DNA of 64,000 nucleotides, taken from an uncultured Actinomycetes bacterium (GTDB lineage Bacteria > Actinomycetota > Actinomycetes > S36-B12 > CAIYMF01). This document shows positions 33,752 through 44,025 of this stretch, piece by piece (positions within the stretch are counted from its first letter, which is position 1; every line of letters begins with the position of its first letter). The position numbers and the translations under genes were made by a program. The stretch lies in the NCBI GenBank assembly GCA_963736425.1, contig CAVTOX010000016.1, positions 22,719 to 86,718 of the forward strand, read 5' to 3'. The notes beneath the pieces were generated by a model. The model worked only from the letters and a program-made list of their open reading frames with translations. It made no database searches and was not told the origin of the DNA.

Positions 33752-36350
33752 GTGACCCCCGACGGACCGCAGCCCGAGCCGGAGGCGGGTGCTCCCTCCG
33801 GTGGGTCGTTGATCGACCTGCTCGCGGCCCACGCCACGTCGGGGGCGGCCGGCACAGGCGGTGAGCCCAGCCCTGAGGACCTGCTTGAGGAGTTCGCCAC
33901 CTGGGCGGCGGACAACGGCCTCACGCTCTACCCCGCGCAGGAGGACGCGCTGCTCGAGCTGGCCTCCGGCTCGCACGTGATCCTGTCCACGCCCACCGGG
34001 TCGGGCAAGAGCCTGGTGGCCATCGGGGCGATGTTCTTCGCGCTCGCCCAGGGCCGGCGCACCTACTACACGGCCCCCATCAAGGCGCTGGTCTCGGAGA
34101 AGTTCTTCGACCTGTGCGACCTGCTCGGGCCCGAACGGGTCGGGATGATCACCGGGGATGCGGCCGTGAACCCCGAGGCGCCCGGTCATCTGCGCCACCG
34201 CCGAGATCCTGGCCAACCTGGCCCTGCGCCAGGGGTCGGCGGTCGACGTCGGCGTGGTCTGCATGGACGAGTTCCACTACTACGGCGACCGGGACCGCGG
34301 CTGGGCCTGGCAGGTCCCGCTCATCGAGCTGACGAGCGCCCAGTTCCTGCTGATGTCCGCGACCCTGGGCGACATGCGTCGCATCCGTGACGACCTGACA
34401 CGCCGGACCGGCCAGCCCGCCGCGATCGTCGCGGGTGGCGAGCGGCCCGTCCCCCTGACCTACTCGTACTCCCTGAAGCCCATCCACGAGACGATCGAGG
34501 AGCTCCTGGAGGCTGATCGCGCACCGATCTACGTCGTGCACCCCACGCAGGCCCTCGCCCTGGAACGCGCCCAGGCGCTGATGAGCCTCAACGTGTGCAC
34601 CCGCGCGGAGAAGGACGCGATCGCCGACGCCATCGGGGATTTCCGGTTCACCGCCGGGTTCGGCCGCACGCTGACCCGGCTCGTGCGCCACGGGATCGGT
34701 GTGCACCACGCGGGCATGCTGCCGCGCTACCGGCGCCTCGTCGAGCAGCTGACCAGAGCCGGGCTGCTGAAGGTGGTGTGCGGCACCGACACCCTGGGCG
34801 TGGGGATCAACGTCCCGATCCGCACCGTCCTGATCACGTCGCTGTCCAAGTACGACGGGCGGCGCACGCGGCTCCTGCGGGCCCGTGAGTTCCACCAGGT
34901 CGCCGGCCGTGCTGGCCGGGCCGGGTTCGACATCGACGGCACGGTGGTCGTCCAGGCCCCGGAGCACGAGATCGAGAACCAGCGGTTGGTCGCCAAGGCC
35001 GGCGACGACCCGAAGAAGCTGCGCAGGATCGTGCGCAAGAAGCCGCCCGACGGGGCCCCCACGTGGAGCCGGGCCACGTTCGACCGCCTGGTGGCCGCCG
35101 AGCCCGAGCCCCTGCGCTCCCGCTTCGACGTGACCCACGCGATGCTGCTCAACGTGGCCCATCGGCCGGGGGACGCAGGGGCGGCGATGACGCACCTGCT
35201 GACCGACAACGACGAGGAGCCCGCCGCGCGCGAGGCCCTGGTCGAACGTGCCGCGGCGATGCGGGAGTCGCTGCTGGCCGCCGGCGTGCTGGAGGTGCTC
35301 GACCCACCGGACGCCGACGGCCGGACCGTGCGCATCGTCGACGAGCTGCAGGTCGACTTCGCCCTGAACCAGCCGCTGTCGACGTTCGCGCTGGCGGCGA
35401 TCGAGCTGCTCGACCGGGAGTCCGAGACCTACGCCCTGGACGTGCTCTCGGTGATCGAGTCCACCCTCGAGGATCCGCGGCAGGTCCTGTTCGCCCAGCA
35501 GTTCCGGGCGCGTGGTGAGGCTGTGGCCGCCATGAAGGCCGAGGGCATCGAGTACGAGGAGCGGATGGAGCTGCTCGAGGAGGTCACCTGGCCCAAGCCG
35601 CTGGCCGACCTCCTCGAGGCCGCCTACGAGATCTACGCCGAGGGTCACCCGTGGGTCACTGAGTACCCGTTGCGGCCGAAGTCGGTGGCCCGCGAGCTGT
35701 CCGAGCTGGCCATGACGTTCGTGGAGTTCGTCGGGTACCACAAGCTCGCCGCCTCGGAGGGGCTCGTCCTGCGCTACCTGGCCGATGCCTACAAGGCGCT
35801 CCGGCGAACGGTGCCGGACGAGGCGCGCACCGAGGAGCTCGCGGACCTCACCGAGTGGCTCGGCGAGCTCGTGCGCCAGGTCGACTCCAGCCTGCTGGAC
35901 GAGTGGGAGCGGCTGCTGCACCCGGAGGACGCGGACATGGCCGCGGTCGGCCGGCGCAGCGTCGACGCCGGCCCGCCGCCGGTCACGGCCAACGTGCGCG
36001 CCTTCCGGGTGCTGGTGCGCAACGCCCTGTTCCGGCGGGTCGAGCTGGCAGCCCTGCGCCGCTGGGACGATCTCGGCGAGCTGGACGCGGAGTCCGGCTG
36101 GGACGCCGACCGTTGGCGCGCCGCCATGGAGGAGTACTACGCCCAGCACGAGTACCTCGGCACCGGGCCCTCGTCACGCGGGCCGCTGCTGCTGCAGATC
36201 GAGCAGCAGCCGGGCAAGTGGATCGTCCGGCAGGTGTTCGACGACCCCGCCGGCGACCACGACTGGGGTATCAGCGCGGACATCGACCTCGCGGCCAGCG
36301 ACGCCGAGGGCACGGCGGTCGTGCGGGTGACTTCGGTGGACTGCTACTGA
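33752..36350 (+). pseudogene. SF2 DEAD/DEAH-box helicase with a DUF3516 C-terminal region (SftH-like), one frameshift at about 34184
   Basis: Motif [10 protein letters not shown] lies in the frame of ORF 32780..34390. It continues as [12 protein letters not shown]...[10 protein letters not shown] (motif II) and MSATLGD in ORF 34254..36350. GGGAGGG lies before GTG 33752. Confidence 0.85.
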
Positions 36351-36366
36351 ACTGGGACTGCGTCGG

Positions 36367-36915
36367 TCAACCAGCACCTGTCCGAGTCCGGGCAGGTCCA
36401 GCTGCCTGATCTGCTCCACGCTCCACGGGCTGAGCAGCCAGGGGCTGTGGGTGGCCACGTCGGCCAGGGCGCCCGGGTCGACCCAGCGGTACTCCATGAC
36501 CTCGGCCGGGTCAGGGTCCAGGCCGCCCGACGAGCGTCGCCACGAACACGGGGCACACCTCGTTCTCGCGGATGCCCGACGCGTCGACGGCCTCGTAGCG
36601 GAAGTCGGGGAGGACCGGCGCGATCGCCGTGGCGCGGGCACCGAGCTCGTCGGCCAGGCGGCGCTCGATCGCGTCCTCGAAGCGCTCACCGGGCTGGGGG
36701 TGCCCGCAGCAGGCATTGGTCCAGACACCCGGCCACGTCCGCTTCGTGAGCGCGCGGCGGGTCATCAGGACCAGGCCCTCGCCGTCGACCACGTAGCAGG
36801 AGAACGCCAGGTGCAGGGGCGTCTGCTCGCTGTGGACCGTGCTGCGGTCGGCGGTGCCGCAGGGCTGGCCCTCGGCGTCGAGGAGGACGACGAGGTCCTC
36901 GGACTCGGGGTTCAT
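36367..36915 (-). pseudogene. idi: isopentenyl-diphosphate delta-isomerase (type 1, Nudix), frameshift at about 36525; 3' end uncertain
   Basis: MNPESEDLVVLLD...HLAFSCYVVD...WTNACCGHPQPGE...ENEVCPVF is in ORF 36511..37122. It continues as GLDPDPAEVMEYRWV...SPWSVEQI in ORF 36174..36728. That frame stays open to 36174, which overlaps the helicase gene. Confidence 0.75.
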
Positions 36916-37018
36916 CCCCCTATCCTGCCGCGAGACCGGGAAGTCCGCCTCCGGTCGGGTGGAGCGTGCGAGCAGAGCCCGGTCGCGGGCCCCGACCATC
37001 GCACCTACAGTGACCGCC

Positions 37019-38572
37019 ATGCGGGCGGTTGTGGTGGGCAGCGGCTTCGGTGGTCTGGCCGCAGCCATCCGGCTGGCCGCGGCCGGCCACGACGTGACGG
37101 TGCTGGAGAAGCGCGACCGCATCGGCGGTCGGGCCTACCAGTACGAGCTCGAGGGCTTCCGCTTCGACGGCGGACCCACGGTGCTGACGGCGCCGTTCAT
37201 GTTCGAGGAGCTGTTCGCCCTCGCCGGCGAGCGGCTGGCCGACCACGTGGAACTGGTGGCCCTCGACCCGTTCTACCGCTCGTTCGACGCCGACGGCCGA
37301 GCGTTCGACTACCACGCCAGCGAGTCGGCGATGCTGGCCGAGGTGACTGCCCGCAGCCCCTCGGACGCTGCTGGGTTCCAGCGGCTCGGGCGGCGGATCA
37401 GCGGGATCTTCGACGCGTTCTACCCCTACACCGAGCGGCCGATGATGCGGCCGCAGGTCATGCTCGCCATGCTGCCCTACCTCCTGCAGCACCGGGCCAT
37501 GCTGGACGTGAACCGGCTCGTGAACAGCTGCGTCCGTGACCCGTTCCTCCGGCAGGCGCTCTCGTTCCATCCGCTGCTCATCGGCGGTGACCCGGCTCGC
37601 ACCCCTGCGCTGTACGCCCTCATCGTGGAGTTCGAGCGGCGGTGGGGCGTGCACTACGCGATCGGCGGGACCGGCGCCCTCGTCGACGCCCTCGGTGAGC
37701 TGCTCGAGCGGCTCGGGGGACGGATCGTGCTGGGGGCCGACGTCGAGCGGGTGCTCGTGACCGACGGTCGAGCGGTCGGGGTGCAGCTGGCCGACTCGAC
37801 GACCCACCCGGCGGACGTCGTGGTCTCCAACGCCGATCCGGGATTCACGTACGGGACCCTGCTCGGTGGCGAGCCCCGGGCTCGGCCGGCCCGGGCCCGG
37901 CATGCGGCAGGCGCGGCCGAGCATGTCCCTGCACGTGCTCTACTTCGGCGCCGACCGCACCTGGCCCGACTCGCCGCTGGCCCACCACAACATGCTGTTC
38001 GCGCGGGACCAGCGGGCGGCCACTGCGCCGGGTGTTCCCCAGCCGGATTCCCGGGCGCACGGCCCGAGCGGCTCCCGGGTGTGCCGCGCGCCGACGACAT
38101 GTTCCTCTACGTCCACGTGCCCACCCGCACGGATCCCAGCGTCGCCCCGCCCGGCTGCGAGGCGCTCTACGTCCTCGTGGCCACGCCGGCCCGGCCCGAG
38201 CCAGCAGCCGATCCGCAGCGCGGAGCAGGCGCGGGTCCGTGCGGCCGTCCTCGACGTGCTGGACCGCAAGTACCTTCCCGGGCTCAGCGAGCACATCGTC
38301 GTCGAGCACGCGATCGGCCCCGAGCACTTCCGCGACGTCCTCAACTCGCCGCAGGGTGCGGCCTTCTCGCTGCAACCGACGCTGTTCCAGTCGGGGTGGT
38401 TCCGGCCGCACAACCGATCACGGGCTGTCCGGGGGCTGTACCTGGTCGGGGCAGGGACGCATCCGGGTGCCGGGGTGCCGGCTGTCCTGGCCTCGGGGAA
38501 GATCGCCGCCGAGCTGATCGCCGCGGAGGTGGCCGAACCCGACCTGCCTCGCGAGAGGCCGGCCGACGGTGA
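37019..38572 (+). pseudogene. crtI: phytoene desaturase family (CrtI-like) FAD oxidoreductase, at least 4 frameshifts between 37880 and 38210
   Basis: - MRAVVVGSGFGGLAAAIRLA (FAD fold) is followed by ...TYGTLLGG in the first frame.
- SMSLHVLYFGADR...HHNMLF is in the frame of ORF 37866..38627.
- DDMFLYVHVPTRTDPSVAPPGCEALYVLV is back in the first frame.
- AAFSLQPTLFQSGWFRPHNRS...LYLVGAGTHPGAGVP is again in the 37866 frame.
- The stop is either 38570-38572 or 38625-38627. Confidence 0.8.
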
Positions 38573-40005
38573 CCGGGACCGCGTACGCCGCCGGGTTCGG
38601 CGAGAGCCCCGAGGTGGCTATCGATGACGTTCCCGTTCGCGGCGAGCATGCCCGGCTGGCTCACCGGATCGCTGATCCGCAACGGGCCCGGGACCTTCCA
38701 GGTGGGTCAGCGGCGCTACCGGCACTGGTTCGACGGACTGGCGATGCTGCACCGGTTCTCGTTCAGCGAGGGCCGGGTCTCCTACGCCAACCGCTTCCTC
38801 GAGACGCGTGCCTACGCGGCCGCGCGCGACGAGGGCCGCATCGCCTTCCCGGAGTTCGCCACCGACCCGTGTCGATCGCTGTTCGCGCGGGCGATGTCCG
38901 TGTTCGACCCGCAGGTGACCGACAGCGCCAAGGTGAACATCGCCCGGGTCGCCGAGCGCTACCTTGCCCTGGCCGAGACCCCCATCCAGGTCCAGTTCGA
39001 CCCCGAGACGCTGCGGACGGTCGGGGTCGTCGGGTGGGACACCTCGACCTTCGGGCGGATGACCACCGTGCATCCGCACCTCGACGAGGAGCGGCACGAG
39101 GCCATCAACCTCGTCACCCGGTTCGGGGCCTCGAGCAGCTACGTGTTCCGGCGGGTCGACACGAGCGATCCCGCCCAGGTCGCCAGCACGACCCTTGCCA
39201 CCCGACGGGTTCGCGAACCCGCGTACATCCACTCGTTCGGGATGTCCGCGAAGCACCTGGTGATCGCGGAGTTCCCGCTGGTGGTGAACCCGATGGCCCT
39301 GCTCCTGTGGCTCAAGCCGTACATCGAGAACTTCCGGTGGGTGCCGGAACGTGGCACCCGATTCCACGTCTTCGACCGGGGCAGCGGCGCCCACGTGCGC
39401 ACGGTGACCGCACCCGCGTTCTTCGCCTTCCATCACGTGAATGCCTTCGAGTCCGACGGCGACCTCGTCGTCGACCTCGTCGGCTACGACGACGCCTCGG
39501 TGATCGAGGCGTTCTACCTGCACCGACTCGAGGAGCCCGATGTCCGGATCCCGCCCGGGACCCTGCGTCGCTACCGCATCCCGCTTGCGGGCGGTGAGGT
39601 CCTCGCCGAGGTGCTCTCCGACACGGCGATCGAGCTTCCGAGCCTGGACTACGCCCGGATGAACACGAGCCCGGAGCACCGCTACGTCTACGGGGTGGGC
39701 GTGCGGGCCGAGCGCGGCTTCTACGACCAGCTGGTCAAGGTCGACCTGGGCACACGCGACACACGACGACGTGGTACGAGCCCGGCTGCTACCCCGGCGA
39801 GGGGGTCTTCGTCGGACGGCCCGGCCGGGAGGCGGAGGACGACGGTGTCGTCCTGTCGGTCGTGCTCGACTCAGCGCGCGGCACGTCGTTCCTGCTGGTC
39901 CTCGACGCGTCGTCCTTCACCGAGGTGGCCAGGGCGGAGCTGCCCCACCCGGTCCTGTTCGGCTACCACGGCCAGTTCTTCGACGACCTGCCAGCCGCCA
40001 CCTAG
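38569..40005 (+). pseudogene. carotenoid oxygenase (RPE65/CCO family), frameshifts at about 38648 and about 39761-39766
   Basis: A GTG 38569 start (GTGA overlap with the crtI-like stop) gives ...IDDVPVRGE, followed by LPGWLTGSLIRNGPGTF once A38648 is ignored. The conserved FHHVNAFE is present. The C-terminus TTWYEPGCYPGEGVFV...FGYHGQFF is in the third frame and ends at TAG 40003-40005. Confidence 0.85.
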
Positions 40006-40824
40006 CCGTCGCCGCGGCGACGCCAGCGGAAGAAGCCCCACGCGAGCAGGGCGCTCAGGACCGTCCAGACCAGCAGCACCATCGCCACCCGCGGCATCTC
40101 GAAGGACCCCACGACCTCCAGGACCTCGGCGCCCTCGGGCAGGAACACGTAGCGCATGCCCTGGGTCAGCCACTTCAGCGGGAACAGCGCCGCGAACTGC
40201 TGCATCCACTGGGGCAGCTGGTTGTAGGCGAAGAACACCCCGGAGGTGAACTGCAGGACCAGGATGATCGGGGTCACGATCGCCGAGGCGCCCTTGCCGG
40301 ACTTCGGGACCGAGGAGAAGGCCAGGCCCAGCAGGGTCCAGGTGGTCAGGCCCAGGACGCTGAGCCACAGCAGCGCGCCCCACTTGGCCGGCGTGCTCGG
40401 CATCTCGACGTCGAACAGCAGCACGCCGATGCCCATCAGCAGGATCATCTGGATCACGTAGACGATGCAGACCTGGCCGATCTTGCCGATGAAGTACGCG
40501 CTCTTGGGCATCGGGGTGCCCTCGAGGCGCTTGAGCGTGCCCTCGTCGCGCTCCTGCGGGATCCCGATCGCCAGGTTCTGGAAGCTGGTGTAGACGATGC
40601 CCGAGGCGATCATGCCGGCCACGAAGTACTGGGCGAACGTGATCCCGGTGTCGCCGAGCTCCTGGTTGCCGAACACCGACCCGAAGACGAGCATGAGGAT
40701 CATCGGCAGGGCCAGCGTGAAGACGAATGCCTCACGGTCGCGGAACAGCTGCTTGAGCTCGATCCCGATGCGCGACAGGCCGATGGACAGCGTCCCCGGG
40801 GGGCGCAGCTCGCGAGGTGCTCAC
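40002..40824 (-). pseudogene. ABC-2 type transporter permease (DrrB-like), frameshift in the G6 run at 40798-40803
   Basis: A GTG 40824 start overlaps the ATPase stop (GTGA) and gives VSTSRAAPP, then GTLSIGLSRIGIELKQLFRDREAFVFTLALPMILML in the frame of ORF 40002..40703. Six TM helices. Confidence 0.8.
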
Positions 40825-41750
40825 GGGTGCGCCTCGCTGTCACCGTCATCGACGAGGCTGAGGTACATGTCCTCCAAGGTGGGTCGGGTCACCGCGAGGT
40901 TGGGCACCTCGCCGCCGAACCGCGCTGCCAGCTCGCCGACCACCGCAGTGGGGGAGTCGGTCTCCTGCGATCGCGGCTCACCGTCCTCGGTCCAGCTCAC
41001 CCGGGTGCTGCCGGTGTGCCGGCCGCCGAGCTCGTGGGGCTGGTCGAAGGCCACCAGCCGGCCGCGGTTGATGACGCCCACCATGTCGGCCAGGGCCTCG
41101 GCCTCGTCCAGGTAGTGCGTCGTCAGCAGGATCGTGACGCCTTCGGACTTGAGGGACTCGATCAGCGCCCAGAACTCGCGGCGCGCCTCCGGGTCGAACC
41201 CCGTGGTCGGCTCGTCGAGGAAGAGCAGCTCCGGGCGGCCGATGATGCCCAGGCCCACGTCCAGGCGCCGCCGCTGGCCCCCCGAGAGGGTCCGGCCGCG
41301 GGCATCGGCCTTCTCGGTCAGCCCGACCCGGTCGAGGACCTCGTCCACCGAGCGGGAGTTCGGGTAGTACCCGGCGAAGTGGCTCAGCGACTCCCGGACC
41401 GTCAGCTCGCTGAGGTCGCCGACCTGCTGCAGCACGATGCCGACGCGCGTGCGCCACCGACGGTCGGCCTTGGCCGGGTCCACGCCGAGCACGTGCACGT
41501 CACCGGCGTCGCGGTGCCGGTAGCCCTCGAGGATCTCGGTGGTGGTCGTCTTGCCGGCCCCGTTGGGTCCGAGGAGCGCCACGCACTGGCCGCGCTCGAC
41601 CTGCAGGTCGAGGCCGTCCACCGCCCGCAACTCGCCGTACGCCTTGGCCAGGCCCCTGACCTGGATCGCAGGTTCACCGTCCACGGTTGTGAGTCTGGCA
41701 GACCTCAGCCCAGCCGTCGGGTTCGGGGATGTGCTCAGGGTGCGCTGCAC
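40821..41750 (-). CDS. ABC transporter ATP-binding protein (DrrA-like)
   Basis: Walker [15 protein letters not shown], signature LSGGQRRRL, Walker B LFLDEPTTGFD, and TTHYLDEAE. Intact, 309 aa. Confidence 0.9.
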   Translation of the reverse strand: MQRTLSTSPNPTAGLRSARLTTVDGEPAIQVRGLAKAYGELRAVDGLDLQVERGQCVALLGPNGAGKTTTTEILEGYRHRDAGDVHVLGVDPAKADRRWRTRVGIVLQQVGDLSELTVRESLSHFAGYYPNSRSVDEVLDRVGLTEKADARGRTLSGGQRRRLDVGLGIIGRPELLFLDEPTTGFDPEARREFWALIESLKSEGVTILLTTHYLDEAEALADMVGVINRGRLVAFDQPHELGGRHTGSTRVSWTEDGEPRSQETDSPTAVVGELAARFGGEVPNLAVTRPTLEDMYLSLVDDGDSEAHP

Positions 41751-42005
41751 CTGGGATGCAGGTCGGCGCTCGATGCTCCCGGCCCTCAGCGAGAGCTCGC
41801 CGCGCTACGTGACATGGGGCGAGGGGACCTCTGACGAGATGTGTCCGGCAATCCTGACGGTGGGAGACTCGTGATCGGATTCTGGCAACCACCTCGCCGG
41901 ACGCGGAACTGGCCGGTCTCGGTGTCAGGTCCGGTGACCTGGTGGCTGGGACCAGTCGTTCGGCCCGCGGTGGCCGCTGCGCCTCCGATGGGTGACGATG
42001 GGTCC

Positions 42006-42813
42006 ATGCCCGAGGGGGACGCTGTTCGCCGCACCGCCCGGCGGCTCGACGCGGCCCTGGCCGGCGGGACACTCGTGCGAGCAGATCTGCGCGTGCCGCG
42101 GTTCGCGACCGTCGACCTGCGTGGGATGCAGGTTCTCGGGACCCACGTCGTCGGCAAGCACATGCTCACCCGCCTGCTCCACGAGCGCCGGGCGTGGACC
42201 CTGCACCACCACCTGCGGATGGACGGGTCCTGGCGGACCGGGTCTCCCGGCGGCCCAGGCGCCCCGGGCCACCAGATCCGGGTCTGGCTGGCGACCGCGT
42301 CGGCACAGGCGGTCGGGGTGCGGGTGCACGACGTGGAAGTCCGGCAGACTCGTGAGGAGGCCCACTGGGTCGGACATCTGGGACCCGACATCATGGCCGA
42401 CGGGTTCGATCCCGATTCCGCGGCGGAGATCCTGATCCAGGCTGACCGCCCGCTGGTCGAGGCCCTGCTCGATCAGCGGCTCGTCTGCGGCATGGGCACG
42501 ATCTGGGCCTCGGAGCTGGCCAGTGCCGCGGGGGCCGACCCCTGGGCCACGACCTCGACGGTCAGGGGACTGAGCGAGTCGCTGTCCGCCATCAGGTCCC
42601 GGATGCTCCGTGCCGTGGACGCCGCGCCCCCGGTGACCCGGCGCGAGCTCCGGGTGTTCGAGCGGACCGGCCAGCCGTGCCGCCGATGCGGGACGCCGAT
42701 CCGATCCGGACGAGTGGGGGTGGCGCCCGATGGCCCGGCCGACCTACTGGTGCCCCCGGTGCCAAGCTGGGAATCAGGTGATGGTCATCCCGCCGTCGAC
42801 AGGCAGCGTCTGA
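42006..42813 (+). pseudogene. nei: Fpg/Nei family DNA glycosylase (endonuclease VIII-like), frameshift at 42734-42736
   Basis: N-terminal MPEGD catalytic motif, an H2TH region, and a zinc finger CRRCGTPI...GRPTYWCPRCQ that is readable only after dropping one C of the CCC run. The 3' end overlaps the SDR gene by about 40 nt. Confidence 0.8.
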
Positions 42814-43535
42814 CCGGTGATGTAGCCACCGGCGGGCGAGGCCAGGAACACGACGGTGGCGGCCAGCTCCCGCGGGTCGCCCTTGCGGCCGGTGGGGATT
42901 CGTGGAGCCATCGCGTCCAGGTATCCGGGTGGGTACTGCTCGGTCATCTCGGAGGCGAAGAAGCCGGGGGCGATCGCGTTGACGCGGATCCCCTTGCGCC
43001 CGGTCCACTGGTTGGCCAGGTCGCGGGTCAGGCCGATCAGACCGGCCTTGCTCGCGGCGTACGCAGCCTGCGGCAGCCCTGCGGTCGTGAGGCCCAGGAC
43101 CGAGGAGATGTTGATGATGCTGGACCCGGGCTCCATCACGCGACCGCACGCCTGGGCCATCCAGTAGCAGCCGTTGAGGTTGATGTCGATGACCTGGCGG
43201 AACTGCTCGGGGGTCTCCCGCGTGGCGGGCACGGCAGTGCCGATGCCGGCGTTGTTGACCAGGATGTCGACGTGGCCGAATTCGGCCATCGCGGCGTCGA
43301 CAAGCGCCTGGCACTGGGCGGGATCGGCGACGTCGGTGGCGACGGCCAGGACTCGCCGGCCAGCATCGCGCACCAGTTGGGCGGTCGCCTCGAGGCGGTC
43401 GACCCGACGGGCGCCGAGGACGACGTCAGCCCCGGCCTCGGCCAGCGCCTGGGCGAAGGCGACCCCGAGCCCGCTGGAGGCCCCGGTCACGATGGCCACC
43501 TTGCCGTCGAGTCGGAACATGTCGTTGATCGTCAT
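42774..43535 (-). CDS. SDR family oxidoreductase
   Basis: TGASSGLG cofactor motif, NNAG, and the catalytic YAASKAG motif. 253 aa, intact. Confidence 0.9.
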   Translation of the reverse strand: MTINDMFRLDGKVAIVTGASSGLGVAFAQALAEAGADVVLGARRVDRLEATAQLVRDAGRRVLAVATDVADPAQCQALVDAAMAEFGHVDILVNNAGIGTAVPATRETPEQFRQVIDINLNGCYWMAQACGRVMEPGSSIINISSVLGLTTAGLPQAAYAASKAGLIGLTRDLANQWTGRKGIRVNAIAPGFFASEMTEQYPPGYLDAMAPRIPTGRKGDPRELAATVVFLASPAGGYITGQTLPVDGGMTIT

Positions 43536-43545
43536 GGCGACCACC

Positions 43546-44025
43546 CTAGTGAAGGCGTGGTTGTGCGCGCTCCAGGGCCATCGCGGCCAGGGTTGCGCCC
43601 AGATCCCGGGCCGCTTCGACGTCCGGCGGCTGCAGGGCGCCGATGACCGAGAGCACCTCCGCGGCCTGTTCCCACTGCAGCGCGGCGGCCATCTTCTGCA
43701 CCGAGCGGACAGCGCCCGTGGTGTCGGTGTTCCCGTGCACGGCGAGGCCCCACGGAAGCCCATGAGTGGCGTCCATGCAGGGGTAGTAGATGGTGTCGAA
43801 GAAGTGTTTGAGGGCCCCGCTCATGTAGCCGATGTTCGCCGGCGTGAGCATTACCAGCGCATCGGCGGCCAGGAGGTCCGACACTGTGGCCGAGAGTGCG
43901 GGTTCCACAGCGACCTCGACCTCGGCCAGCTCCGGGTGCCGAGCTCCGACCTCGATCGCCTCCAGCATCTCGCGCACGGCCATCGAGGGGGTGTGGTGGA
44001 CGACCAGCAGGCGGGCGGAGGTCAC
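43546..44025 (-). CDS. flavodoxin-like NAD(P)H-dependent FMN reductase family protein
   Basis: LLVVHHTPS...LVMLTPANIGYMSGALKHFFDTIYY. The GTG 44025 start overlaps the upstream stop (GTGA 44022-44025). Confidence 0.65.
   Translation of the reverse strand: MTSARLLVVHHTPSMAVREMLEAIEVGARHPELAEVEVAVEPALSATVSDLLAADALVMLTPANIGYMSGALKHFFDTIYYPCMDATHGLPWGLAVHGNTDTTGAVRSVQKMAAALQWEQAAEVLSVIGALQPPDVEAARDLGATLAAMALERAQPRLH

Noticed and set aside
32780-34390. A 536-aa ORF that looks like a LysR-helicase fusion protein.
   Set aside because: It is an artefact of two frameshifts. The true LysR C-terminus (RHIWLATRP...ANKH*) ends at 33698 in another frame. The helicase has its own Shine-Dalgarno sequence and GTG start at 33752.
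39771-41834. Long shadow ORFs: 39771..41834 (+, 687 aa), 56300..58051 (-, 583 aa), 53620..55044 (-), 34149..36149 (-, 666 aa), 2715..4238 (-), 10433..11890 (+), 52367..53578 (-).
   Set aside because: All lie antisense to, or out of frame with, genes that have clear family motifs. They are Arg/Gly/Pro/His-rich, as expected for non-coding frames in 70% GC DNA. None shows a recognisable motif.
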